Shown: piece after piece, positions 25,738-35,153 of the stretch
Layout: each line of letters starts with the position of its first letter
How positions within the stretch are numbered: the first letter of the stretch is position 1
Sequence record: NC_048054.1
Length of the DNA stretch: 64,000 nucleotides
Direction: 5' to 3' (one strand)
Translations under genes and position numbers: made by a program
The notes under the pieces: model-generated
The model's database searches: none
What the model was told of the DNA's origin: nothing
What the model saw: the letters and a program-made list of their open reading frames with translations, nothing else

Positions 25738-26177
25738 ATATCTGGTGGCCTTCAATCGCTATCGGCTTGTTGCCGCTCGCTACATGCTACGCCGTGTTCC
25801 CGTGGTTTCGTGCTGCCGTGAATCGCCGTCTGACATTCAAAGCGTTTGACTATGACGCGCTTGATGACATTCTCTCTGGCAATATGCCTGAGCGTTTGCG
25901 CATTAAATGTTTGCAGGCGAGCTACAGTTCGAACGATGGCGATCACACGCACGTGGACATTTATCCGTATAAAGAGAACACGGCCGTGATTCGCATTGCG
26001 ATGGATGATGACTTCCCCATCGCCAGAATGTTTCGTGATGTATTGATCAATAACATCACCGCACTGTGCCTGAAAGGTCGCAAGCTGCCTCTGATTACGA
26101 TCAATCAATCGACGTACCAAGTGCTGGGATATCAGCACGACAACTACTATCTCCATATTTACGTGGAGCATAAATAA
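25734..26177 (+). CDS. Hypothetical protein with N-terminal membrane anchor
   Basis: AGGAG RBS; hydrophobic N-terminus. Confidence 0.7.
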   Translation: MNIWWPSIAIGLLPLATCYAVFPWFRAAVNRRLTFKAFDYDALDDILSGNMPERLRIKCLQASYSSNDGDHTHVDIYPYKENTAVIRIAMDDDFPIARMFRDVLINNITALCLKGRKLPLITINQSTYQVLGYQHDNYYLHIYVEHK

Positions 26178-26186
26178 GGGACTATC

Positions 26187-26486
26187 ATGGTCACCCAACA
26201 ACAACTCAAAGAGTTTTCTGCATTGCCCTCTTTAGACAGGAAAGTGTTTCTGCGTAGTATGCAAGTAGAGATGTTGGGTGCTCTCCCTGAGGTCGAAGCG
26301 ATTGTGCGCGAGATGTTGTGTCGCGCCATCGTGGTAGACGTATCCCAAGCGGAGATGGCACTCCTTGCAGCACGTCAAATGTGTGAGAACAAGGACGTAA
26401 AGAAAGCCATTGACGATTTACTTTTATTCGCGGCTCGTATTCATGATGCCGCTGACGATACCTTATTTCTTGGAGATATAGCATGA
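26187..26486 (+). CDS. Hypothetical protein
   Basis: 99-aa ORF, AAGG RBS. Confidence 0.7.
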   Translation: MVTQQQLKEFSALPSLDRKVFLRSMQVEMLGALPEVEAIVREMLCRAIVVDVSQAEMALLAARQMCENKDVKKAIDDLLLFAARIHDAADDTLFLGDIA

Positions 26487-27538
26487 ACACAATTTCTGGT
26501 TCCGTAATTGATGAAGATGTTCTGGACTGGCTTGATAACTTTAGCTCGCACGACCAGCGTAAGATTGCTGACACGATCAACGCGATTGCTTATGCGCACC
26601 GTACCGAGCTGTCTATTCCAAACATGCTGCATGACGAAGACATTGCTGCACTGTCTCATGCCGACCTGTTCACCATTCTGTCGCTCGCTGCGCCGAATGC
26701 GAAGTACGACCTCACGTTGTCTAACGTGCAACTGCTTGGTCTGGCTATGAGCGCCCTGGGCGTCATCGACTACAACCTGCCTGAGTTGAACAGCCCTATC
26801 ATGATCAAACGTACCTTTGCCGACGAGCGCCGCAAAAATATGCTCGGTGGAGATAGCTCTCGTGGTGATGTGATTAAAGCACTCAATCAGTGGATATGCG
26901 GTATGCGCGATATCGACCTGACTCACGCAGGCACTGATTATGCGCCTGATATCCCAGGCATGTATTTGTGTCTCGACGAGCATGAACAGATTCGCTATGG
27001 CCGTCTGTTCCGTAACAGCAGCGATGGTTGGACATTCTGTGAATCGCACGAGAATAATGGCGCTACTGTTTGGTATGATCGTCAGACAACGCACCTCAAG
27101 GAAGATGACCTGCCGATGACTTTGCTTAGTCATTGGGTGCTGGTGGCTGAGTGGTATAGCCCGAACGAACGTGCTGCACAAAAAGCAATCCCGATCGGTA
27201 TCGTAAGCGACACACATCGTATCTTTATGTTTCTGCGTAGTCTCAGCCCGCATGTGAAAGCAGAGCTGGTAGCTCACTTCAAAGGTGTGCTTGACCATAA
27301 AGAGCCAACGTCTGTTGACGGTATTGGTCGCCTGACTGAACACGACTGGCGAACGGCAGCAATCGCAGTTGCCGATGACGCTAAAATGCCTGAGGGTGTT
27401 AAGAGCTGGTCAGAAGTAAACGCGTGGGTGTGCTTCGTTGCTGTTGCAGAAGCGCTTGGCTTTAACTTTGAAACTCGTCAGTTTGACCCGCAGTTTGACT
27501 ATCAGGCAAATGACGATGCACTGGAAGAAGATGAATGA
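26483..27538 (+). CDS. Hypothetical protein
   Basis: 351-aa ORF, GGAG RBS. Confidence 0.85.
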   Translation: MNTISGSVIDEDVLDWLDNFSSHDQRKIADTINAIAYAHRTELSIPNMLHDEDIAALSHADLFTILSLAAPNAKYDLTLSNVQLLGLAMSALGVIDYNLPELNSPIMIKRTFADERRKNMLGGDSSRGDVIKALNQWICGMRDIDLTHAGTDYAPDIPGMYLCLDEHEQIRYGRLFRNSSDGWTFCESHENNGATVWYDRQTTHLKEDDLPMTLLSHWVLVAEWYSPNERAAQKAIPIGIVSDTHRIFMFLRSLSPHVKAELVAHFKGVLDHKEPTSVDGIGRLTEHDWRTAAIAVADDAKMPEGVKSWSEVNAWVCFVAVAEALGFNFETRQFDPQFDYQANDDALEEDE

Positions 27539-27744
27539 ATAGAAAGATGATTGCCTGGGCAGCTTTGGTGATCTTCTGCGTGGTGGGCGTGGTAGCTTCC
27601 ACTGTCGCACTCAATCACTACAACTTCCTGTTGAGCACGTTGCTCACAATCGTATTTGGCGTTGGCCTCGTTATCTGCGTGAAGTGCTTAGACGCGGCCA
27701 CATGGGATTACTGCGTTAAGAAAGGAAAAGAAAAGAATGGCTAA
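27535..27744 (+). CDS. Small two-TM membrane protein
   Basis: Two hydrophobic segments and a basic C-terminus. Confidence 0.7.
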   Translation: MNRKMIAWAALVIFCVVGVVASTVALNHYNFLLSTLLTIVFGVGLVICVKCLDAATWDYCVKKGKEKNG

Positions 27745-28270
27745 ATCACTTGGCGTTTACCTGACGTATATCTTGCGTCATAAGCCACAAGATATCGGCA
27801 TCGCAATGGACACTCAGGGTTGGGTGTCTGTGCATGAGCTGCTTGAGAAAGCGCGTTATGTAAAACCAGTCACTCTGGAAACACTGACCGCCGAAGTGGA
27901 GTCAGACAACAAAGGTCGATTCGAGTTCAACAAAAACAAAACGCGCATACGTTGTGTTCAGGGTCACTCGGTTGAGCATGTGCTTTTGAACATGCAGGAG
28001 TGGACAGACTGGTCGCCGTTGTATCATGGTACGGCAGAAAAGAACATCTCGTCTATTCAGCATGACGGCATTCTAAAACGCAAACGCAAGCACGTCCATC
28101 TGAGCAACGATCTCGAAACTGCTCGACGTGTTGGTCAACGTCATGGCGTACCTGTTGTGTTCCAGATTGATACACTGTCCATGATTACTCACGGCTATAA
28201 GTTTTACCGTGCGGAGAACGGAGTCATCCTGACCGAGTACGTTCCTTCCCGCTACATCCGACTGGTGTAG
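27737..28270 (+). CDS. kptA: RNA 2'-phosphotransferase (Tpt1/KptA)
   Basis: YILRH...GW, KGRF, IRCVQGHS, LYHGT, R.HVHLS, NGVILT..VP. Confidence 0.93.
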   Translation: MAKSLGVYLTYILRHKPQDIGIAMDTQGWVSVHELLEKARYVKPVTLETLTAEVESDNKGRFEFNKNKTRIRCVQGHSVEHVLLNMQEWTDWSPLYHGTAEKNISSIQHDGILKRKRKHVHLSNDLETARRVGQRHGVPVVFQIDTLSMITHGYKFYRAENGVILTEYVPSRYIRLV

Positions 28271-28272
28271 TT

Positions 28273-28686
28273 ATGGAGAAGACGTACATGACACACTGGG
28301 GATCGCGCTATGTGAGATCTCCCACAGGCAAGTGGTACTCGGTTCATGGGCGTGAGGGTGCATGGGTAACGAATCGCTACGGCACCTCATTCTATCGTAG
28401 CGGCTCCGAAGTATGGCGAGACATATCTCCTGCCTCTTGTAGGAATCTGGAGCGTGAGTTACTCAAACGAACTCGCAGTGACTTCAAGGATAGTAAGAAC
28501 AAGTACAATCAGTGGGGCAAGGTAGTGCTGACGATTGCTCGTCAGTCAGAAGAAGAAAAGAATCCCCACACGTCAGAGCTTGCTGAGATGCTCGAAGCGC
28601 TTAGACAGACTTTCTACGGACAGAAGGTACAGCAACTAAGCACAATTCTGGACGAAATAGGTCTTACAAGCAGATATCGTTCGTGA
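28273..28686 (+). CDS. Hypothetical protein
   Basis: 137-aa ORF. Confidence 0.7.
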   Translation: MEKTYMTHWGSRYVRSPTGKWYSVHGREGAWVTNRYGTSFYRSGSEVWRDISPASCRNLERELLKRTRSDFKDSKNKYNQWGKVVLTIARQSEEEKNPHTSELAEMLEALRQTFYGQKVQQLSTILDEIGLTSRYRS

Positions 28687-28692
28687 TATAAT
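28648..28692 (+). promoter_or_regulatory. Conserved promoter cassette copy 4 (inside the 3' end of the upstream ORF)
   Basis: CTGGACGAAATAG; TGATATAAT with hexamer at +39; GCTAGA-CACTCG-TTTAGC hairpin. Confidence 0.75.
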
Positions 28693-28741
28693 AGAGATGA
28701 ACGCTAGACACTCGTTTAGCTACTTACATGAGGATATGTAT

Positions 28742-30229
28742 ATGAAAAAGATTAAACACGCTTTCCGTCTGACTGACCTGGTTAATATCGAAAAAGTCGA
28801 TACCGTTGATTATTCCCAATTACACCACGGTAAACGTGCTATCATTGTTGGTCGTGAGTCTGACTGCCAGATGTATGACCTGCATATCGAAGGTGTTGGC
28901 GTCCACCACATGCAGTACCCAGAAGAATGTCTGTCGCTTATTAAGCGCAATCAGGGTGAGATGCTCGACAAGTGGGAAGCTGGTAAGTACGGCAAGAAGA
29001 AAAAGGTTGAACGCAAGATTCCTGACGTGCTGCGTAACTTCACTGCTATCCTGCCTGTGACCTGCAACGCCGATTGTTCATTCTGTCCTGAGAAAGAGAT
29101 GGAGAACAAAGCGTCGCAGAAAGAGTGGCTGGACAAACTGATCGCTGCGATTAAGACTCACGGTCATCGCGTTGATCACGTATCTATCTCTGGTGGCGAA
29201 CCTACACTGCGTATGAAGTACCTGTTCGAAACGATCGACCAGATTCAGACCAAAGCACATATGTATAAAGTTGGTCTGACGTCGAATGGTCAGTTCCTTG
29301 AGAAACCTAATCAGTTGCTGACATTCCTTGACCTGAACACCAACGAGATGTTGGAAAGCAAACTGTCGCATCTGAATATCAGTATGCACTCGTTCGACCG
29401 TGAGAAAGCAAACAAGATCATGGGCGTTAATTATACGTGGACTCTCGAAGACTTAGCCCGCTTCCGTCGTCAGTTAGGCCGCAAGCTGAGTTTCCACATC
29501 AACTTCGTTATCAACGAACAAAACATTGATAACATCGAGTGGGAGTTCCGTCAAGCCAACGAGTTCATGAAAGAGAACCAGTGGATTGACGTTGTGTTCC
29601 GTGTTGACTACAACAACAAGAAGCTGAACAAAGAACTGCGTAAGTACGGTCTGGCGGTACAGGCTGCGCGTGAAGCAAAACGACCACGCGATAAGAGCAT
29701 CAAGTACACGCCTCCGAAAGTTAAAGAGCCTGCGCTGATCAGGCTGTTTAACTCGATCTTCGACGGTAGCTTCTACGATGACTTGACCGAAGAGACTATG
29801 CCTGGCATTGGTGATACGTTCACAACTGCATGTCCGTCCTGCTTCACTCACCGAAGCACTGACTTGGGTAATAGCTTCGCCTACCTGAAAGCGTCTTCAT
29901 ACGAACCGAACGAAGACGAAGAAGAATACACCGAGATGGTGTTCCACATGGACGGCGGCCTGTACTTCGACTGGTCACGCAAAGAGCCTGTACCTGAAAT
30001 GAAGGCGAAGACTAAAAAGTCGAAGCGCTTCGACTTCGAACAAAAGGCAGAGCATGATGAACCTAATGGTGCTGCGCTTAAACTTGAACACGGTAAGAAA
30101 GCCAAACCTGTTCGCGTTAAGAAAGTCAAGAAGACTGAACCACAAGGCTACCCAGATAGCTGCAACTATCCTTCTCCGTGCAGTTACTCGCGTGGTTCGT
30201 CTTGCAGTTTCGGCAGCGGCATGTGCTAA
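28742..30229 (+). CDS. Radical SAM protein with Cys/Ser-rich C-terminal tail
   Basis: CNADCSFC (CxxxCxxC), SGGEPTL, LTSNG, NISMHS; GAGGA RBS. Confidence 0.9.
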   Translation: MKKIKHAFRLTDLVNIEKVDTVDYSQLHHGKRAIIVGRESDCQMYDLHIEGVGVHHMQYPEECLSLIKRNQGEMLDKWEAGKYGKKKKVERKIPDVLRNFTAILPVTCNADCSFCPEKEMENKASQKEWLDKLIAAIKTHGHRVDHVSISGGEPTLRMKYLFETIDQIQTKAHMYKVGLTSNGQFLEKPNQLLTFLDLNTNEMLESKLSHLNISMHSFDREKANKIMGVNYTWTLEDLARFRRQLGRKLSFHINFVINEQNIDNIEWEFRQANEFMKENQWIDVVFRVDYNNKKLNKELRKYGLAVQAAREAKRPRDKSIKYTPPKVKEPALIRLFNSIFDGSFYDDLTEETMPGIGDTFTTACPSCFTHRSTDLGNSFAYLKASSYEPNEDEEEYTEMVFHMDGGLYFDWSRKEPVPEMKAKTKKSKRFDFEQKAEHDEPNGAALKLEHGKKAKPVRVKKVKKTEPQGYPDSCNYPSPCSYSRGSSCSFGSGMC

Positions 30230-30243
30230 TAAGGAAAACTAAA

Positions 30244-30861
30244 ATGGCTACTCAAAAAGAAGTAAACGATTTTCTGATCGAGTTCGAAAAGAACTATGGT
30301 CTCTCTATCCCTATCACGGACGAAGACGAGTTTGGCCTTAACGTCCTTGAGCAAACCAATCGTGGCTCCTTCATCGCCTATCTCGATGAAGATGTGTTTG
30401 ACATGTACGACCAGGAAGGTGAGTTTGACGAAGACGAGGATGACGATGTTATCGACGGCGAGGATGAAGAAGCCGTGCTTGATCGCATTGATGCGCAGCT
30501 TGATCGCTCGCACGTCTTCCGCGTCCTGTACCTGGCGCTGAAAGACTGGCAAGGCACTATCAAAGAACTTGAGATGGTGATGTTCGACGTTATGGAAGAG
30601 ATGGATATTCTCGAAGAACACCCAGAGGTTATCACGGAGCCTTTGGCCACCATCGTCGTTTCACAAGATGACCTGAAAGCTCTGGCAGACATTGTGCGTG
30701 AATACACAGGGCCAGAAACGCATCGTCTGTACGGCATGTTGACTGTGCGTAAGTTGCAACGTCTTGCTGCCGGCCGACCGTTCCCTGAGAAGTTTGCTCG
30801 ACTCACTATTACGAGTAGTGCGTTTGAACTTACCGAAGCGCTGACCGAGCTTGGAGAATAA
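30244..30861 (+). CDS. Acidic hypothetical protein
   Basis: AAGGA RBS; D/E tract. Confidence 0.8.
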   Translation: MATQKEVNDFLIEFEKNYGLSIPITDEDEFGLNVLEQTNRGSFIAYLDEDVFDMYDQEGEFDEDEDDDVIDGEDEEAVLDRIDAQLDRSHVFRVLYLALKDWQGTIKELEMVMFDVMEEMDILEEHPEVITEPLATIVVSQDDLKALADIVREYTGPETHRLYGMLTVRKLQRLAAGRPFPEKFARLTITSSAFELTEALTELGE

Positions 30862-30862
30862 C

Positions 30863-31219
30863 ATGCGTTGTAACTATTACTATGACAGCCCGTTTTTCTA
30901 TGGGCTTATCGTGTGGCGTAGACGCCTTGCTGTTGTTGGCGCAATGCTGATTGCTATTCTGATTATGCACGGTCGCTCCGCGCCTGCTGTCGAAGACATG
31001 TGGTTCTGGACTGGCATCATCTTTGGCATCGTTGGTGGTGTGTGCTATATTCGTATGTGGTCCTATGAGTGCTACCTGCTTGCTGCAATGGGTCCGCTAG
31101 ATAACAGTACCGTTATCGGTTCGTTGAACTTCGATAAGATCGAACGACGCCACGCTGTCTGGTACGAAAAGAAGTTCGGTCGCAAGCCACCTAAAACTAA
31201 CACATGGAGTATCGACTAA
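30863..31219 (+). CDS. Two-TM membrane protein
   Basis: GGAG RBS; two hydrophobic helices. Confidence 0.75.
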   Translation: MRCNYYYDSPFFYGLIVWRRRLAVVGAMLIAILIMHGRSAPAVEDMWFWTGIIFGIVGGVCYIRMWSYECYLLAAMGPLDNSTVIGSLNFDKIERRHAVWYEKKFGRKPPKTNTWSID

Positions 31220-31698
31220 TGCCACGCATGTTCACTGAGACTCACCGCAATAAGCATTTCCGTGATCGCAACCATCCTGAGTATCACGGTGATGTGTGCG
31301 AGCGCATTCATCTTGAAGGTATGGAAACGCTGAAAGATCTGAAATACTATCAGGCTGCAATTGCGTTGAAGCGCCGTAGCTCCCCGCATCGTGTGCGTCG
31401 TACTGTTGAATCCCAAACATGGGATCAACTGTGTCAGTCCAGAGGAGAACGACACGATATCTCCTATCTGCGCTCTATGGTCAAAGCAACGGCCGCGCGT
31501 ATGAAGGCAATTCGTGTCGCATACACCGAAGAGCATTCAAAGCGGCACAATCAACCACTGCGTTTTGAAGTGAAAGACGCAGATGGTAATCGCGTTGATT
31601 TGTTCGTGACATACGATGCTGCCAACCACTGTAAACTACGCTCAGGGCTTGGTGCCACACTCAATCGCTACGAGGAAAAAGAAATAAAATGGCTGTAG
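31219..31698 (+). CDS. Hypothetical basic protein
   Basis: TAATG coupling. Confidence 0.7.
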   Translation: MPRMFTETHRNKHFRDRNHPEYHGDVCERIHLEGMETLKDLKYYQAAIALKRRSSPHRVRRTVESQTWDQLCQSRGERHDISYLRSMVKATAARMKAIRVAYTEEHSKRHNQPLRFEVKDADGNRVDLFVTYDAANHCKLRSGLGATLNRYEEKEIKWL

Positions 31699-31952
31699 GT
31701 TTTGTCAAAGACGATGGTGTGAACGATACCATCGAAACAAACGTGCTGAACGAGATTGACCGCGCTCGTTCAGAACTTCAAGGCGTAGGCTCCGACTACT
31801 GCATCAACCCTGATTGTGGTGAAAAGATTCCTGTGATGCGCAAACTCGCCATGCCGAATGCGCGTTACTGCATTAACTGTCAAGCAGCGCACGACGGCAC
31901 TGCTAACGTCGGCTACAATCGCCGTGGTTCAAAAGATTCCCAGCTGAGGTAA
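31689..31952 (+). CDS. TraR/DksA C4-type zinc-finger protein
   Basis: CINPDCGEKIP..RKLAMP.ARYCINCQ; N-terminal coiled segment. Confidence 0.88.
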   Translation: MAVGFVKDDGVNDTIETNVLNEIDRARSELQGVGSDYCINPDCGEKIPVMRKLAMPNARYCINCQAAHDGTANVGYNRRGSKDSQLR

Positions 31953-31954
31953 TT

Positions 31955-32383
31955 ATGGAAACTAAAGTAACGCAGACTGCTACTGAATGGCGCGTTAAGG
32001 TAACGCAGAAAGATCAGCCAAGCAACACGTTCACTGATGTGTATCGCTCCGAAGAGGAGTATCAAAAGTGGATGGACTTGCATAAGAACGAATACACCGT
32101 AGAAGTGAACGTTGTTCAAACGCTGACTATCGAAGTGAAGAAAGGCACCTACCCTGACGTTCAGCCTGTAATTGATCCGAACGTGACGTATTCACTTGAA
32201 GCGTTCGTTAAGACCGCCAATGACTGGGTGGTTATTCGCAGTGGTATCGCAACACCAGAAGAAGTTACTGGTCTGGTTGACCGTCTTAACCTCAAGTACA
32301 ACAAGCCAGAGTCTGCTACTCATTTCCGTGTTGTGCGTGTTGTGCGTAGCGAAGTAGAAGAATTGTGGGGAGAGATGTGGTGA
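31955..32383 (+). CDS. Hypothetical protein
   Basis: GAGG RBS; 142 aa. Confidence 0.8.
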   Translation: METKVTQTATEWRVKVTQKDQPSNTFTDVYRSEEEYQKWMDLHKNEYTVEVNVVQTLTIEVKKGTYPDVQPVIDPNVTYSLEAFVKTANDWVVIRSGIATPEEVTGLVDRLNLKYNKPESATHFRVVRVVRSEVEELWGEMW

Positions 32384-32565
32384 ACGAAGAAGAACATAAA
32401 CAGTTCCTCGAACGCTTAGGTAAGCGTAGCGAAGAACTTGCTGAACCATACTCACGCTGTGAAGACTGCCGTACACCTCTCAAAGAAGGTGAAGTGTATG
32501 GCGAGTGGGATGACCTGTGTGAGAACTGCTGTGCTGACCGCGAAGACGAAGGGGAGCCGACATAA
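32380..32565 (+). CDS. Small CxxC...CxxC zinc-binding protein
   Basis: CEDC...CENC; GTGA coupling. Confidence 0.6.
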   Translation: MNEEEHKQFLERLGKRSEELAEPYSRCEDCRTPLKEGEVYGEWDDLCENCCADREDEGEPT

Positions 32566-32882
32566 TGCTACGTAAACTTTGGATAGCTATGGGATTCATA
32601 TTCCCTACTGTTGCTGATGCTATGCGTAAACGTCAGGCATGTACGCGCATTGGCTACACCAGTTACTGCGTTATGAACCGCGCAGGATTTGCTGAGGCAT
32701 TCACGCATCACTTGCATGAGTATCGAAACGCCAGCGACTCTCTGGCTGTGCTTAACAAAAACAAGCATGAGGCTGTAACGGCAAAAGCACAGCGTATGGA
32801 ATATCCGTGTGTTGTCGTCTTTGTGGAAGATGACTTCTCAACGATTGCAATTGATGCGCCTACCATGGAGCGCCACGTATGA
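32565..32882 (+). CDS. Hypothetical protein
   Basis: TAATG coupling. Confidence 0.7.
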   Translation: MLRKLWIAMGFIFPTVADAMRKRQACTRIGYTSYCVMNRAGFAEAFTHHLHEYRNASDSLAVLNKNKHEAVTAKAQRMEYPCVVVFVEDDFSTIAIDAPTMERHV

Positions 32883-33076
32883 CTCATGGAAAACTGACAG
32901 AGGCGGAACTTGCAAGCCTACGCTTCAAACTTAAAGTGCGTGAGGAGCAACGCCCTCTACCTGATACACACGCGATGCCTGACCCTAAGTTCGACACGCA
33001 TCGTATCGACCCGCGCACCGACATGATCGTTGGCGATATCAAACACCACTTTCCACCAAAAGGTAAAGCGCAATGA
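32879..33076 (+). CDS. Hypothetical protein
   Basis: ATGA coupling. Confidence 0.65.
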   Translation: MTHGKLTEAELASLRFKLKVREEQRPLPDTHAMPDPKFDTHRIDPRTDMIVGDIKHHFPPKGKAQ

Positions 33077-33426
33077 AACTGACAAAACTGCCGCGTTACT
33101 TATGGCTTACTGGTAAGCAGGTGCAATACTTCTTTAAGTTGCTTAAGGCGAATCGTGACCTAGCGAATATGGAGCATGAAGCAGATGTGCTCAAAGCGCT
33201 GCATGATCTCACCGAGCGTGATATGAAGAATGGCACTAACATTTGCATAGAGGTGCTTTCATTCTTTCAGGAGTTGAAGCGCCCGCGTGGTGTAAAACAC
33301 AATCTACCCTACTTGTGGCCGAAGCGTGATCTAATTCGTCTGCTCAACAAGAACGGCGTTGCAGTAGGTCCCGTGCCGAATTACTTTGTAGCACTCCATC
33401 AACTTGTAGACAAAGGGTTTAAGTGA
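33073..33426 (+). CDS. Hypothetical protein
   Basis: ATGA coupling. Confidence 0.7.
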   Translation: MKLTKLPRYLWLTGKQVQYFFKLLKANRDLANMEHEADVLKALHDLTERDMKNGTNICIEVLSFFQELKRPRGVKHNLPYLWPKRDLIRLLNKNGVAVGPVPNYFVALHQLVDKGFK

Positions 33427-34145
33427 TGAACCACCATGAACATTTGGACGCAATCAAACAAATCACTGTTGACCAAATTCAAGCGTTCTCTGGCATCGCC
33501 CAAGTGATGCACGAACGGGCTCGCATTCAACCTGAATTATTTACCGAAGTGTGGCAGCGTACTGTGTGCGACCAGCTTGGTCTGAACTATGACTACTGGC
33601 TCTACTATAACGAGCTGTCCAACTTCATGGAGCTCGGCATGGTACCATACATGCCTGTGTTGCAAATCGCAGTGACTGCTTTTGTCGGCGCTGATGTGCG
33701 CGAGACAGTAGATCGCTTTTCTCGATACGATAAAGAGTTGGTTGTGTCTGCCTATGAAGTAGGCAACGAGTGGGTGCTCGACAATCATCGTCTGATTTGT
33801 ACGTGTCGTGCTATCGACTCTCTGATAAGCCTCTACGCTACGCACATGCTGGAGATTGACGAGCAAGAGGTGAATCGTTGCATCGCGTACCCAACAATGC
33901 CGAACATGCCGCATCAATTTGTTGAGATGTACAAGCTGATTGATGAAGCACGTATGGTTGTTGATGGCAAATGGCGCTCACCTCTGCGTTATTTCCATTC
34001 CAGAGAGCGGGATTATCTTTGGAACTATCCGCCTAATATGTCAGACTTCCAGAACGTCATCATTAAGACTGACTCTGGTACAGTCTATCTTACTGGCGCA
34101 CCTAAGCGTGGCGACACTAACGCAAACCATTTACGTTCAGTCTAA
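33423..34145 (+). CDS. Hypothetical protein
   Basis: 240-aa ORF. Confidence 0.8.
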   Translation: MMNHHEHLDAIKQITVDQIQAFSGIAQVMHERARIQPELFTEVWQRTVCDQLGLNYDYWLYYNELSNFMELGMVPYMPVLQIAVTAFVGADVRETVDRFSRYDKELVVSAYEVGNEWVLDNHRLICTCRAIDSLISLYATHMLEIDEQEVNRCIAYPTMPNMPHQFVEMYKLIDEARMVVDGKWRSPLRYFHSRERDYLWNYPPNMSDFQNVIIKTDSGTVYLTGAPKRGDTNANHLRSV

Positions 34146-34154
34146 GAGGCAACT

Positions 34155-34784
34155 ATGAATACGACAATTCAATTTCTCATGGATGAGAACGAGATAGAAG
34201 ATGCACTCACCTCGTATCACACTGACCCTACCGATGAAAACAAACGTCGTGTGATTGAAACGATTTTGAGTGAAGCGAAAAACGCACCCAAACCAAACGT
34301 AGCACCTGAGCCACACAGAATTATATTCGTGCCGTCTTTGTCTACACTCAGAAGCGAACCTGCTCTCAAGCCATTCGCTACTTTCAGCGGAGAGTTTGAT
34401 AAGACCCTTATGGCCACTGCTAAATTGGCCAAGCGTGTTGTAGACAGAATACACGAAGCAGGTAGTTCTGCCGTGTATGTTCGATTCGATCCAGAAGAAT
34501 GGTACTCGTACCGTATTCCTATTCTCTGGGGATTCTATGATTTGGCATTAGAATCCAAAACGCTGGACGGCATTGATTCGTCCATGCGTGACCTTATGCG
34601 TAAGGTTGGTAATCTACCTTTGGACGAAGATGTTGAAGTCTTCTACAAAATGATTAATCGTTATGTGATTGAGGGTGAGCACGAAGGTTGTCTGCGCTCC
34701 ATCACTCAAATGGTGGACACTCAGTTCACGCGCAACCTGCCTCAAACCAAAACTGAAATTGAAGAAGAGGGTGAAGAAGAATGA
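34155..34784 (+). CDS. Hypothetical protein
   Basis: GAGG RBS; 209 aa. Confidence 0.8.
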   Translation: MNTTIQFLMDENEIEDALTSYHTDPTDENKRRVIETILSEAKNAPKPNVAPEPHRIIFVPSLSTLRSEPALKPFATFSGEFDKTLMATAKLAKRVVDRIHEAGSSAVYVRFDPEEWYSYRIPILWGFYDLALESKTLDGIDSSMRDLMRKVGNLPLDEDVEVFYKMINRYVIEGEHEGCLRSITQMVDTQFTRNLPQTKTEIEEEGEEE

Positions 34785-35152
34785 TCAGACAAATGCCATT
34801 GCAGCTTTTAAGCAAAGATCCAGATGTAACAGCACAATCGACCGCAGCGCGTCTCGGCCTCACTAACTATACGATAATCGTTCGTGGTGATTGGCAACTG
34901 ATTTGCGGCAATGGTGCAGATCGTAAACCTCGCATCGCACTTATCGGTCCTTATAAAATCAATCCTGATTTGACCGGTGTGCATATTCTGACTCATGCTG
35001 GCTTCTCTGATATTGACGCACTGCTGGCTCTCGGTCTGCATCGCAATGACTTCCGCAGTATGCAGAAAGAACACCGTGCCCGCGTCAAAGCTGTAAAAGA
35101 ACAGAAACGCATGGGCAACACTACCGCACTCGACGATATCAAGGGGAAGTAA
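34781..35152 (+). CDS. Hypothetical protein
   Basis: ATGA coupling. Confidence 0.75.
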   Translation: MIRQMPLQLLSKDPDVTAQSTAARLGLTNYTIIVRGDWQLICGNGADRKPRIALIGPYKINPDLTGVHILTHAGFSDIDALLALGLHRNDFRSMQKEHRARVKAVKEQKRMGNTTALDDIKGK

Positions 35153-35153
35153 G

